Assembly: GCF_964204645.1 (NCBI RefSeq)
Contig: NC_134035.1
Span: 9,828,451 to 9,892,450, forward strand
Reading direction: 5' to 3'
From: Tubulanus polymorphus
Lineage: Eukaryota > Animalia > Nemertea
DNA: 64,000 bases
The notes under the pieces were generated by a model. It searched no databases. It was not told where the DNA came from and saw nothing but the letters and a program-made list of their open reading frames with translations. The position numbers and the translations under genes were made by a program. Of the stretch, positions 26,301-39,749 are shown in pieces (position 1 is the first letter of the stretch; each line of letters begins with the position of its first letter).

Positions 26301-29300
26301 ATTTTCGCGAGATATATTTTCCCAGTATGAACTAACCTGGCGGCGGACCTCTATGTTGTGGAGGCATCTGCTGATGCGGCGGTCCCATTCCTGGGGGCGG
26401 CGGTCCTCCCGGATGTCCTGGTGGTCCGACTGGCATACCGGGTGGTGGGCCACCAGGATGCCCAGGTGGCGGGGGTCCTCCTGGATGTCCCATCGGCGGA
26501 CCAGGAAGTGGTCCTGGATGTCCGTGCGGGGGTGGTCCTCCGGGGCCTGGATACGGTCCTGGAATAGAAAACATTAGAATGCAATAATAATCTACAAACC
26601 TTTCACGTTGCTGTTAAATAGAATTTAGCGAATGGAAATTTCCTGCCCATTTTTAATAAATTAATTTTCACTTTGATTTTCTCAAATCTTAATCATCAAA
26701 TATTTGCATCCTAGGTAACTAGATCCTAAAATACAAACCAAATCTCAAATGATGATTTCCTGATGAATTTTTCAAAAACATACCTGGTGGACCCTGCATC
26801 ATACCAGGGCCTACGAGGTATAAACAAAACAATACTTCAGCATATGCAAATTCATTTCAAGTCGATTGAAACATTATTTATCTCGACCTGTATATGATTT
26901 ACCTGGTGGTCTATGGTCCCAGTCCGGTCGTGGCTGTGGTGGTCCATGCGGTGGCATTCTCTGTCCAGGAGGTCCACGCGGAGGCTACAAATACAATTCG
27001 TACAAAGAACTGATCAGATATTTTATATCTTTTCTGACTGTTACCCTTTCAGTGTGTCTATACCATATAATAAAACGGGATGGACTTCGCTAGTACAATG
27101 CGTTGTGGTGTATTGATGCATTTTGTCATTAAATTTTATTTCTAATCGATGATGGCAGCATCTGTCAAACAAATATTAGAGACTAACGATAAACTGCACT
27201 GCGGTGTAGACACACTGTAGCAGTAGGTTCGTTATTCAATACACTGAGGTGGATCTTATCTAAATTTTGAATCATCTTTCTGCACATTCAGATATTAAGT
27301 CAACACTGAAGAGTGAAATGCCAAGCTTATTCGATTGCGAAGCAAATAAGACATACTTACCATGCCAGGAGGTCCTGGTCTTGGCGGTCCTTGGTTTCCG
27401 GGATGACCAGGCGGCGGACCACCCGGGTGTCCAGGAGGGCCGCCAGGATGTCCCGGCGGTGGTCCACCGGGGTGGCCGGGAGGTGGTCCGCCCGGTCCTC
27501 CGGGCCGGTGTCCTGGGGGTCCGCCTGCAACGAACGAACACTCAAATATAAACATCAAACAAGAATTTCTTAAAATCTGATAAATTAACGAAATATACCT
27601 GGAGACGGACCTTGGCCTCTCATTTGGAAACCCTGCGGTGGGAACATTCCTCGTCCCCTTGGCGGCGGTCCTTGCGGTCCTGGTGGGCCTTGACGGTTAT
27701 TTTGCTGTCCAGGAAATCGCCCTGAAAATCATTTCAAAACATTCTCAGTCACATTTATATAACCACTTACAGTGCTCTCCATATTCTAGAATTTTAAAGG
27801 GGCTGCATTATGTGACACTGTGGCTGCTGACTTTCAATCCCCCCAAAAAAATCTAAATTTTGTGTAATCATCTATTATTCGTAATAGCTCGATATATTTC
27901 AAAGCAATCATCAGCAATGATACAATATTAACATCCACTCTAGTAGGGGCAGCAGATATTTTATAAGGGATGGCTGATTTTCAGAGTGGTGGATGAAAAA
28001 AGGCAAAGGGGTGTGGCAACTTTTTTAAAACCTCTTATGGAGAACACTGTCTTCAACGAAATGCAAGAATCGTTGAGAAATAGGAGAGAATTGTTAATAA
28101 AATGTAGTGAACTCACATGGCTTACCGTTTTGTTCTTTCTTCGCCTGGTTGTCGAACTGAGCAAGTGTATTACGGTTACAGTGCGTTACGACTGGTGTTT
28201 GTCCGTGGATCTCTTTCTGCGGCAGACGTTCCATCACCGTGCGCATCGACTGTTCAGAGTTCAACGCCAGAATTCCGAAACTACAAAACAAGGAGTAAAC
28301 GGATTATGTACAGCGACCTTCACAATCATGGTGGCCACTTTCCGCCCATTTACAAATTCCCTGATTTTTCCATGTGATTACACAGAGAATTTTCTAGGTT
28401 ACAATTCATTCATTTTTTTTTTTGATCTTAAAATAGGGATTGTCCCCATTATTTATTTATCTGGTAAATTTTGTTTGATTTTTCGATTGAGTGTCCCTTA
28501 CAGACCCACCACACCTGCCGGGAGCGAAACAGTACAATTCATTCATTAACTATTGAGTTAAGTCACAATATGGTCAATAACATTATCCATATTCACTTTC
28601 CAGGTTTTAGGTCAAGTTTGACAAATTCCCAATTTTCCCTGATTTTCCAGATCAGTGGCACCCTTATAATCATTAACGGGTTTGTTCTTGACAGATAGAG
28701 GGGAATCCAAAATTTCATGATATTTTCACGACCCTTTGCCAAAAATTCCCTAATTGAATCATCATATCAAGATATTCTCAGGGAGGAGCCATTTCTTTTC
28801 GGGAGGTTACTTGTGCAGTCCATCCCCAGCAATGACAAGAAGACACCAAATATTAAAATTCCCTCGTCTTAAAGAAGACTCTAGATTTCTCTAATTTTCA
28901 CAGCAGGAAAAAATTCTTAAAACCACAAGTAGTATCTAAATACTGAATTGAAGATACACACTCGGCAAATCTACTCTTAATTCATCTGAAAGCCTGCATT
29001 TCTCAGAACTCACCCCTTCGATTGACCGTTGGCTCTGTTCTCGTAGAACTTGATCTCGGTGATATCAGTAACTCCGACGCTGGCGCACGCATCGACCAAA
29101 TCCTGATCGGTGGTCCACTGAAAATACAGGAACAATTCGTGACGAGAATAACGAACAGAAAATGGAAAGTAACCAGATAAAAAGATTTCAAGTGCCAAAA
29201 AACACAGTACACCGGTGTATAAATACAAATAGTTAAAACATAAAGTCTATGAAAGATTTCTATTTTTATCCAATGTAGGCTAATAAACTGACTTTGAACT

Positions 29301-32037
29301 ATTCGAATTAGATTCAAAAAATATAAGTTATGTACGATGGAGAACTAAGAAGAAGTGACGACGAGTTGAACAGATTTTATTCAACGCATCACATCTTCGT
29401 TTTTTAGCTCTCCGTATCGAGTATCTACTCTGCCTGGGGTTTACTACAAACAAGATCATAATCGAGACTCGAGCATGCGAAAAGTCCAGGCTTTTATAAC
29501 GATTAACGAATGAATTAGGCGTTCATCGGAATCATCACGAAAAGAAGGACAGAATCTGACATTTCAATGATTTCAGGTGCCAAGACAGAGTACACCGGTT
29601 TACGAGTACAAATAATTGAAACACAAAGTGTGTGAAAGATTTTGATTTTCAACCAATGCAGGTAATACAGATTTGCAATGCTTTATACAGCATAACTACT
29701 CATCTGTGCATTCACAAGGAAAGATTAAGAATTGAAAAGGACGGACTGAATACAAGCAGACAGACAGACATACACACAGACAGAGATGTATATACAACAA
29801 CAATGAATGCTTACCCAGGTCAAGTTACCAACTGACGTGGCAAATCTTCGGTCGTTCCCCCCAGAATTCTGCATCGAGAGAACAAACAATAACCATGAAT
29901 ATCGAAACAGAAAAAAAAAACAAAACAAAACCATCGAAGAGTAATTAAATCAACGGCAAAATTATAACGAGTGAATTTACTGTAATTAAGAACACAGCAG
30001 AATTCTGGAAGGACTTGACACCGCAATGATTACATGCTTAAACCCTTAACAGATTTCTCTGTGTCGCTTTGAACTTAGATTTTGATTAAAGCGGATTAAA
30101 GCAGGCGCCGTATAAGAGTTTATTGGACAGAATTATACATCTTAGTAATGACCGTCTAATTCAATTGAAGAAATAATCCACAATTTATGAAGAAAAGCCG
30201 AAGAAAGTCACGTCCACGTTTTGACTCAAATACTAATCAGCATCCATTTTGAAATTGGCTTGTAGCATTTGAGTCATAATATCAATCTTCTATCAGTTTA
30301 ACTTCGTAATCGAGGGTTCTTTCATCAACTACTGAAAAACCACGTCTTGAAAATTGACACAATTTTTCGTTCCAGGAGCCAGTTGCTCAAAAGTTGGTTA
30401 AGAGTTAACCAGTAACAGCAGAAAGTTGACTTAGGGGTGACAATCAAAAGTACAATTGGATTACTACATGGTATTTATCCACCAGGTTATCTTCAACCAA
30501 CTTTTTATCAACTGACCCGGCTGGTATGTATGTTATGAAACAGCCGCTAAGCATTGTCAATCATTTGGATAAAATGTCTCTACTAGGTGTGACAATGATT
30601 ACTTACCCATGATAGATTGCCCACGTATGTAGCGTGTCGTCTGGTGGCCCATGGTTGCCCGGCAGCATTCGCAGCAGCCGTAGCCGTCTGCTTAGGGCCG
30701 GTCGGTTCCGACTGAAAATGAAAGACACAAAACATCTAGCATTGTATTTTACAATATCATTTATTTACTCAACACTATTTCTTATTGTATTTTAAGATTA
30801 TTTTGAATTTTTTGTTTCTAATTCATATTTCATAACGTATTAAGAGTTTGATAACCAAAGTTTTGGCCAACTTGTAAGTTTTCTTCTAACATCACCAGTC
30901 GTCCTAAATTATTTCTTAAATATTATTCATAAAATTTTATGAAATAATTTTAGTTATCTTATCTAAATGTCGTTGTCATCAAGTTTAGGGTTTCATTTCA
31001 TTGACAACTGTTAAGCTATGTATTAGTAACTATTGAAAGAACATTTGTGGGCCGGGAAAGAATCAATTACAGTTATCGTAGGGTAAGAAATATCAAAAGT
31101 AGCAATTAAAGGGTTTTCAGAGATCAGGGAAAGCAACAATCCCCGATTTAGCAGCAGGGTAAAATAATCCAGACCTCCCTTATTTTCAACATCACTATAA
31201 AGAACCATGTAATTCGTAGGTCGGGATAGTTTTTACGATTTAATAAGCTTTTGCTCGGGGCAACAGGTAAAAATACTAACATTATGATGAGCTGGAGGAC
31301 CATCAGCAGCGGGTCGGTCACCACCTCCGGTCGCTGGAGCAGTTATGACATCATCGTATAAATCACCTGCGTCGTTATTAAATTCATTTTCCTGAAGAAA
31401 TAGTTCAAATAATCACGTGAAACAGAGCGCGAATATAATGAATACAGCATTTGCTATGTCCATCGACATTGTATTTGAGTTAGATTTGGCAAATTTGTTC
31501 TCTGAAAGTGCGTTGGCATTTTGTGAGTGGTGGCGTTAAAAAGCATGGCATTATCACAGACTTCGACTGTATACTCAAAGCTATTTGATTTTCTTTTTTT
31601 TCATTGAAGCCTGATTGCAGCGCCCTCAAATGACAAAACAACGAACTAAAATGTGTTCTTTCAGTAAGTAAGTACCAGGATTCATTATCCCCTAGAAGGC
31701 TCTAGCAGCGGCATTGTTTAAAATAACCAACCCTCAACTCACGATATAATTGCAAGCAACAAACGCAAAAACAACAACTTGCATTTTTTGTTTTAACAAA
31801 GAACAATGAATGCCCAGCTCCCGTAGAAACCACCCGGCAAACTCGCACCCTTCTAAATCACAATATACTAAAGAGAACTGACCGTTATCAACCACTCAAA
31901 ATAACCCTCCAGATTCTATAATTTGTGCTCTATAAAGAGCTGCTAGAAAGATATCGATTCTAAACTGAATAAGACCTATTTACCTGATTAAAATCTTCGA
32001 TATTTTCATAAATATCGATGTCCACGCCATCCGCCAT
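23349..32037 (-). CDS. CPSF6: Cleavage factor Im large subunit (CFIm68, CPSF6/CPSF7 family)
   Basis: Exons 32037-31984, 31391-31281, 30711-30607 (or 29868-29815), 29117-29014, 28280-28126, 27721-27599, 27524-27361, 26984-26903, 26810-26784, 26558-26337, 26257-26139, 25682-25597/25615, 24827-24712, 24161-24014, 23634-23349. Motifs [45 protein letters not shown], a Pro/Gly-rich region, [43 protein letters not shown] and an RS tail. Confidence 0.96.
23772..23864. mobile_element. About 100-bp palindromic MITE family D
   Basis: cccagttccacagtt...aactgtggaaccggg. Similar copies at about 4005-4120, 38255-38358, 43425-43522, 48180-48300, 52195-52295 and 63117-63225. Confidence 0.8.
29815..29868 (-). 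CDS. CPSF6: Alternative duplicated CPSF6 exon 3b ([18 protein letters not shown])
   Basis: Acceptor ctctcgatgcag, donor TGG|GTAAGC, 54 nt, phase 0-0. Paralogous to exon 30607-30711, which ends [12 protein letters not shown]|GTAAGT. Confidence 0.8.
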
Positions 32038-32199
32038 TTTGAATGCCGCTTCAAGTTAGAAATAATCGCTGGAACGACCACAATTTTATTAATACCTTTT
32101 TCGGTATAATCTCTGTATTTTAGTTCAAATTATAGAAGCGATTATATATACCGTTACAGCAACATTTAAAGCCTCATTATTTGATGTAAGACCTACGAT

Positions 32200-32310
32200 A
32201 TGTAAAACACGTGTGATATTTGATGTATCGACGGTTCGGATTCAATTTTTCGCGGAGCGCACAAGAACCATGACGTCATCGAAGGCGCTGTTGGGTTCGA
32301 GCCCGTGTAT
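32200..32310 (-). promoter_or_regulatory. Putative CPSF6 promoter
   Basis: CRE palindrome TGACGTCA at 32271-32278, CACGTG at about 32208 and a B-box-like ggttcgagccc at about 32294, lying between the MOB3 AATAAA (32392-32397) and the CPSF6 ATG. Confidence 0.45.
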
Positions 32311-34320
32311 TATTGAAATACATTCGAAAGCTACGAAATGAGACGAGGCAACATAAAAAAACAACAAAAAATTATTCTGATAATTGCGACTTTTATTTTA
32401 CAAATATTAACTAGGGTTTTCAACTTTACACATTTTGATAAAACGTACATGGTGTAGTATACAACGAGACATATACAATACATAGCCTGTAAGGATAAAA
32501 TTATATATCCTCCACAGCACTTCTAACTGTACACATTACATTACAAAAATTTGATACCTCTCTAAAAGCATTTAAACAAATTTCCTACGTAAACATCGGA
32601 TACCAAAATCACAGCTTCAACAAATTATTTTTCTTCAGGAAGGGAAAACAATCTTGTTTAGGAATCATGTTAGATAATACGATTCTCTTGAATAGATAGT
32701 TAAACTCTGTATTTTGCCATTTTCAGATATTTCACTGGTTACAAGTTCCCTAGGGATAAGGTAGTCGGTAACTTTCAGTGGTTTAGCTTCATGACGATTG
32801 GATATTTTCACAAACCATATAAGCCCATTCGATAATGAAAGCTTACCTGGTAAGTGGTAATACCACCAACGATTAGGTTATTTACTAGGGATAAGTACTA
32901 AACTGTCAAACACAGATTTTACAAATAACGTATAAGACCTAGTACTAAACTTGACAAAACATCAAATTTATAAATCGGAAATGTTCTGTGTGGAATCATT
33001 GCTTCTTTCATAAACCTTAACAAAATAGATGATGATAAATAACAGGGTCCCTACAGATCAGTCATTCCTGGATATAAGGAGAAAATATCAAATATCGAGG
33101 AACTGTCTGCATCACTTTCACATTCAGCAGACTGCTCCTATATTGGTACTGTAAACCATTATTTCGGTGGTTTTGTAAGCAAATTTTTATCCTTAATACA
33201 CTATTAAACAAGGTTTCTAATTCGGTAACCGCCTAATTGACTAAAAAAATTCTGGTCCCAACTGCACCGATTTAGGCGTAGTCTAGTGTACAACTACAGA
33301 CAAAATTGAAGGAGTTTCTAACATTTTTTTTCAAATTAAAGGAGTTTCAAGCACCTATATTTGAAGGAGTTTTTAAGGAATCAAGGAGTTATAGGGACCC
33401 TGAATATCGACACAAACCGCAGTTTAACTTTCCCACCATTTATTTCGTTACAGATCAATTAATTTTGAAAAAATTTTTTCAGTTCATGATCGAAAAATTT
33501 CTAATTCGTTCGTAAAATAAGTTAGATAATGATTAAACATAACGTCAGTGTAAAATATTGCCTACGACATAATTTCAATTCTTCATCGAGAGTAAAATTC
33601 ACGAAAATGTCTCTGCGTATAAAATAAATTTCATATATTTATATAATATGATGTACATATGAAACAGGTAGCACCACATAAACACCCATACACACTCATA
33701 CATACATACAATACGCCACATCTCTCTCTCTGCTTTCATAGTGGATTCGTATTCTCCGTTCAAATAACATTGAATTCCACGTATAATATTCACGGGTATT
33801 ATGATGTTCAACACACGTATAAGGTTTGCAATTGCTACTAATTGAAAATCTAGGCAGGTTTCGATTGAGTCTCCCTACGACTGATTCTGGAACGCTCTTC
33901 TAGTGTGTTAAGCCAAACGCATAAATAGGACACAGAAACATGTTCCCGAGTGTTTCCGAGTGTTGTATACATACACAAGAAACAATAAACATGGTTTCGG
34001 GAACATTGTTTCTTAAATGAAACATGTTTGTTTTCATGTTTTCTGCATCGACTAAAATACACTTTACATTTTTTTCGACCAGAGTGTAGTATAATCTGAA
34101 AACCTAGATAGAAACGGCCCCGGTAGAGGGTTTGTAATCAGGATTTGCTGTTCTTAAACCGGAGTTCGTCCAATCGAAACCTGCCTTACAAACGGTGTCC
34201 AGATCTGATGATATGTCCGCGCTGCAGAAAAACATCGTAGCCAGGTGGTTGTTGTCGGGGTAAGGGCTGGCAGCGCATGCTACAACAGCGGCTTCTCCTC
34301 ACGCTCAATATCCATCCGTG

Positions 34321-36843
34321 TTAATGAGTTAGTTTTTCTGTCATTTCACGCTGTGGAGAGAAATAATGAAAATTTTTGGATTATCTAAGATTTTGACTAC
34401 GAATATATCAGGGTGGCCACTTTCCGTCCATTTACAAATCCCCTGAGTTTTCCATGTGATTACACAAAATTCCCAGAGTGAATCAGAGAAATTTCTAGGT
34501 TTGAAATGTTACAATTCATTCATTTTTCATTGAATCACGTATTGATACAGAGAGTTTTCAAGGTTTTTGGTAAAATGGGTCAAATATTCTCTACAATTTT
34601 CTGTTTCCCTAAGTTTTCCCGATCGGTGGCCATCCAGTACAAGAGGACACCTTTCACGATGGACTTCGTTAAGCCATTAAGAGTTTTAAGAATTGAATTA
34701 ACATAAGCCTGACTCCCAATTCACTGCCTTTTATTGAGCTGCATCATTGCAGAACTACTTCCTGCTATAAAATGGTTCTTCTCCCAGTCATGAACAATTC
34801 TAACATCATATAATGTCCTTACCAGTGGTTCCAACTCCTTTTTATCGACCAAATTGAATTCCGTGACAAAATAATAGAAGTGCTTGTAGCAAGTGTTAAT
34901 GTGGGCTTCCTGAAAAATACGTAATCGGATATATAGCGATTTATGTGGCTCGCGATGCAGATGAAGAATGTAAGATGAATATTTTCGGTCTCAACACGTA
35001 CGGCTCCAATGGCGACTAATCTGTCGAAATGATGGATATATACATGAACGAACACGCGGAAAAGTCGAGTCAGAATCTTCTTACAGGTCGGAAAATAATT
35101 CCGCGGAAATGGAACTCCTGTAATTAAAAGTTACACTCGAAATATAGCGTCAGGTTTGATACGAAGATTCGTAGATCTGTGTTTCAAACTTTTCTGATTC
35201 TTCGATTATATCAGTATTCCACAGAGAAAATTATCTTATTACCTTAACTCTCCTAATGTAGTGCTAAATTTTGTGCAAAATCGTGTGAATTCATTTAATT
35301 GTACTTCACAGAAAATCATACCTAATGTGACTGGAAATATATCTTCGTTATTGATTTGATTTTCAGCCCAGTCCATCAGAAGGGCTATATACTTATTGGC
35401 AGGTAAAGCTGTTGGTTTTTTGTACGTTAGACCATCACACCAGTGATATTCATATCTAAATGTATCAAATATAGACCACATTATGAAGAATTCTATTAGC
35501 CAGCGAGTATCATAAACTACAAACATTACACCACATGACTGGGTTTACCAGTTCGATTTGAATCTTGAAGTTAGTTAATTTTCAACGATAAAACTTGAGT
35601 CAAACACTAATGATTTGTGCAACTCAAGGATATTCTAACATTATAGGCCATACATAATTAACCCTTCCAGTGAATCTACACTGCAGTGCGGTGTATAAAT
35701 ATGAGATGGACTTTGCTAGTACACACCGCATCGCAACCTGAGTTTTTATCTCTATTGGAAGATGGCAGCACCTATCAAACAAATGGAATATCAGTCCATA
35801 ATGATACACTGTGCCGCGGAGTAGTTACATTAAAGCCCAAATAATATTCAACACACAGGGACGGAATTTTCAAAAAAAATTTCAAATTATCTCCAGCATT
35901 TTCCAGTATTAATTAATCAGCCCTGGTAGGGTTTTATCCTTAGATTTCTCGTAGATAAACGTTTAGGGACGAATCTTTCTCTTGATCAGCGCTAAATCAT
36001 TTTTCAATTCTTTCTATAAGGAAGCGATTCTACTTACTTCGGACCTCCGCACATCGTAGGACATGATTCTTCGGTGCAATACTCTGTAACTGTACCGTAA
36101 ATCAAATTGATTCTGTTGAAGAAGTCGACGACTGAAAATACAAGAGATTGTCGCACAGATTAGAAGAGTAGTCTGATGGTTTAAAAATCAAAAGGAAAAA
36201 AATCGAGAGCGAAATTTACGGAAAGGGGGCTGAAGATGAAAATGTACTTTTTCCACAAGAAACTCCTAAAATACGTGGCAGATCGATTAAATAAGGAAAG
36301 AAAAAAATGAAGCTGATGATTCACAGGCACAGTAGGACAGACAGCAAAGGATTTCGAAATTCTAGCGTCTCTGAGGCCATTTCAAATGAAATTCATGAGA
36401 CAGAATCCTGTTCTGTTAAGTCTACAAAAAATGTTCTCAACATTTTTGGAGGCATCGCAGATATTTTTTGGCCTATTCAAGGGCAAACCAAGCGGTCTGC
36501 TTGCCCTTTGGTACCCTCTTGAAAGATGCTCGAAAAATCAACATACCATGTACGGCAATCCAATCATTCATATTTTCATTTGGAGGCAACGAGACAACTT
36601 TCCTGAGGTCAATACCAGATTGCAACGAGGCAGTCGCTTGCTTGTGCAGGTTGTATTTCAATGTTCCGGGTTCAAAGCGTTTCTTCGGCCGAAATGTCTG
36701 GAAAATAAATGATTGAATTATCAAAAAACTTTAACCGGGCTTGTCCTGTGGATGATAGAAATCGAAAAGTGGTACAGATTCGTGATACCCACCTTGTCTC
36801 GGCCGAAAAAATTCATAAAACCAACTACTGGTAGATTAGCCAT
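34321..36843 (-). CDS. MOB3: MOB kinase activator 3
   Basis: Exons 36843-36793, 36697-36547, 36131-36038, 35455-35322, 35117-35002, 34909-34823, 34350-34321. Motifs [63 protein letters not shown] probable 5'-UTR exon donor lies at 37496. Confidence 0.95.
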
Positions 36844-38459
36844 ACTGCTTACTACCCATATACCTGAAACTAGAGACATAAATCAACTAAAATTAGTATG
36901 TGTTCTGGTGTCAGCCTGTCATCTGAGTAGACTTGGTGCGCTACAGTGAATAAGGCTTATTCACTGTCTGGTTAATGGATCATTGGATATTGGTCATGAC
37001 TGATTCTGGGACACAGTCCAGCTAGGCTCAGCTTAATCTATAAACCTGTAAACTAGTGTTTATACTAAACACAGCTGTTAGTCTAAGACAGATCCTGGCA
37101 CGAACAGCCATGTTGCTGTTGGTTTTGATGGCTTCCTGATTGAGTCGACATGGTCGAGATGACAAGGCCGGGTGACATTTCCATCGTTTTTAAGAGGTGA
37201 TAGAAAAATACCAACAAACAACTGTCCAAAAAAAGTTGTTCCAAAGCAATAAATCAAGAAAGCAGCTTCTTATTCTTTATGACATTGTCATTATCAATCA
37301 ACTGATCAAGTCAAGACATATATTCAATGAGTGATCATCTCCACTCGTCTCGTCTCATGTCGTTTTCCACCAATTCGGGATATTTTTTACCAAAAAAACA
37401 CTTCGCTACTTTCCTTCTTTTATGAATATGTATTTCTCATTTTTACTGAAGAAGAATCACGAATGATCTAAAATCACACCGGGATTCAAAACTCACCAAA
37501 TTATGCGTTGAATATTCAATAATTATTGCGAAAAATCGTCGATTTCTTTCTTCCTGGTTCTATTTATGAAGTGAGCAGTGTCACCCATGGACGACTCGGC
37601 GCCGCTCCTAACACTGAAATAGAGCGGTACGGGTCGGACGCCGCATCGGGCGGGCCTTAAAATCCTCACGCGAAACGTCGACTACTCAGACACTCGCAAT
37701 CGTTTGGTCCGAACTTAGCAAGATGATAAAACATTCTTTCGCAGCACGGAACCGCTTAGAAGAAATAAAGCCTATTAATTCAATTTTTAAAAACTTGAAG
37801 TGAAGAAGATGAAAATTGTTTTATTTATTCTACGATTATACTTTTTTTATTTTTACAATAAATCAATATCATCAACACCAGTCGCACAGTTGAGAACAAA
37901 CCAAAGTCCAAAAGTAGTCTCTTATATCAAAACTGGTCTTAAGTTGTTTGTTGTTTGAACTTAGTTGGTCTTAGGCTCCTGGAGTAGTCTGAATACCAGA
38001 CGTTGTTACAGTCCCAACACGATGTGCCCAAAGGTCCTCTGTTTGGGGAACATCGTTAAGATACAAGACAAACTTCTGGGGTCAGGCCGGTTGCTAAACA
38101 TTTAGTAAAGGATAACCAGCGAATAAATACCATCAAATTAACGATGAACTTGTAATTGTCACGATGTCAACTATTCACTGGTTAACTCTAACCAACTTAT
38201 GAACAACTGACCCCTACATTAACAAAATCTAAGCCATGGACTGGTCCAACTGGTGCAGTTTCACAGTTCTGAGTTATGATTTGACTCTGGGTTAACTCAT
38301 TGAAAATAAACTAACTTTAACTCAGAGTTATCTCTAACTCACGACTGTGGAACTGGGTCTCAACTGAATTCTAACAAAATGCAATAATCTCACAGGCACC
38401 AAGAGACAGCTTAATATGTCGAAATAATGCAGTCTAAGTAGTTCAGTAGTACACGTAAA

Positions 38460-38680
38460 AAATCGACACTCTATTGTTGCGTTACCCGAGCGACGCAATG
38501 TCAAAGGCCACTTTATTGTTGAGTTTCAAAAGCAACGCAATGTAGACGACCACTCTATTGTTGCGTTTCCCGAGGGACGCCATGTCGACGACCACTCTAT
38601 TGTTGCGTTTCCCGAGCGACGCGATGTCGACGATCCCTCTAGTGTTGCTTTCCCCGAGCGACGCGATGTCGACGATCGCG
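38460..38680. repeat. 42-bp degenerate tandem repeat spanning the SNAPC1 stop codon
   Basis: cgacgc(g/a)atgtcgacga...ctattgttgcgtttccc units at about 38491, 38533, 38575, 38617 and 38659. Confidence 0.85.
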
Positions 38681-39691
38681 TCTCTTTTTACCTTTATTAC
38701 GAAACGCTCGTTCTTTGATCGTCGCGCGTTTATTTCCGTGATCCCCGTCGCCATCCTCATCGTCATCCTCATCGGGGTTATAATCCTCGTCAGACGAATT
38801 CGATCCTTTTCTTCCTCCTCTTCGCGGACTGGACTCCTGGCCTGTTCGCGTGCGTTTTTTTCCCGGAGGAGACAAACTTCCCGACGGGCCGGCGGCGATT
38901 TTTTCGGCAACACGTTTTTCGAACTCGGCGATCGTGGCCTCCATCGTCTCGGTAACGTTTCGATGTTGTAACACGTCTAACGCCGGCGAGGGCCGGGTCG
39001 CCGTCGGGCCCGCCAGCATACACTTCATTTTATAATACTGTTCGTGAACGGCGTTTAACTGTATGGCCAAATCGCAATGCACCAAATCGTTGATTTCGCT
39101 TTTTACGATCGAAGACCCGCCGTCGTTCGACTTCTGCATTCGCGCGTCCTTCTCCACCCAGAAATTCCTAACCGGACGCTCGGTGGCGCTGAAATAGAAA
39201 CACTTCGACAGTATCATCTTGCGCATGATGAACTCGATGTCTAAATGTCCCTTTTTCGTTACGAGGTCGAGAAATTTAAGATAGCACTTCCATTGTTCGG
39301 GTTCCATCAGTATTTTCAGTTTGGGAACGTGCGGTTGGGTGTGATAGAGCCCGTACAACAAGTAGAGACCGCAGAGATTCGCCTGAAAACTCTTAAACGA
39401 TAAAAACTCTTTCGCGACGACGAACGTTTCTTCGATGAACTCGATCAGGCTTTCTTTCATGCGTCGACCCCAGAATATCTGCGGCATTTTCATATCGCGC
39501 CAGATTTCGGCGAATTGTTCGTATCGGATGCTGTCGGATGATACGAAGCGGCGACAGAGTTTTTGTAAATCGAGACGGATGCAGCCTCCTGTAGTATGAG
39601 AACTCGCAATTGTCAGTTCACCGGCACCGGCGCCGATCTCCTCAGCCATCTTCGTCGATTCAGTATTCATTTCCTCATTAGCAGAAGCCAT
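38639..39691 (-). CDS. SNAPC1: snRNA-activating protein complex subunit 1 (SNAP43), intronless CDS
   Basis: DLQKLCRRFVSSDSIRYEQFAEIWRDMKMPQIFWGR, GLYLLYGLYHTQ, GHLDIEFIMRKM and FYFSA match the SNAPC1 N-terminal domain. The first ATG is at 39691 (the ORF-track start at 39748 is TTG). Confidence 0.9.
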   Translation of the reverse strand: MASANEEMNTESTKMAEEIGAGAGELTIASSHTTGGCIRLDLQKLCRRFVSSDSIRYEQFAEIWRDMKMPQIFWGRRMKESLIEFIEETFVVAKEFLSFKSFQANLCGLYLLYGLYHTQPHVPKLKILMEPEQWKCYLKFLDLVTKKGHLDIEFIMRKMILSKCFYFSATERPVRNFWVEKDARMQKSNDGGSSIVKSEINDLVHCDLAIQLNAVHEQYYKMKCMLAGPTATRPSPALDVLQHRNVTETMEATIAEFEKRVAEKIAAGPSGSLSPPGKKRTRTGQESSPRRGGRKGSNSSDEDYNPDEDDDEDGDGDHGNKRATIKERAFRNKGKKRRDRRHRVARGKQH

Positions 39692-39749
39692 ATTCGCTCC
39701 TTGCTCCAATTTCTCAGTAACTGTCCCCTTCCGCCGAATGACAACCAAG

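Noticed and set aside
23219-27856. Overlapping alternative-frame and antisense ORFs across CPSF6
   Set aside because: Shadows of GC-rich RS and Pro/Gly codons.
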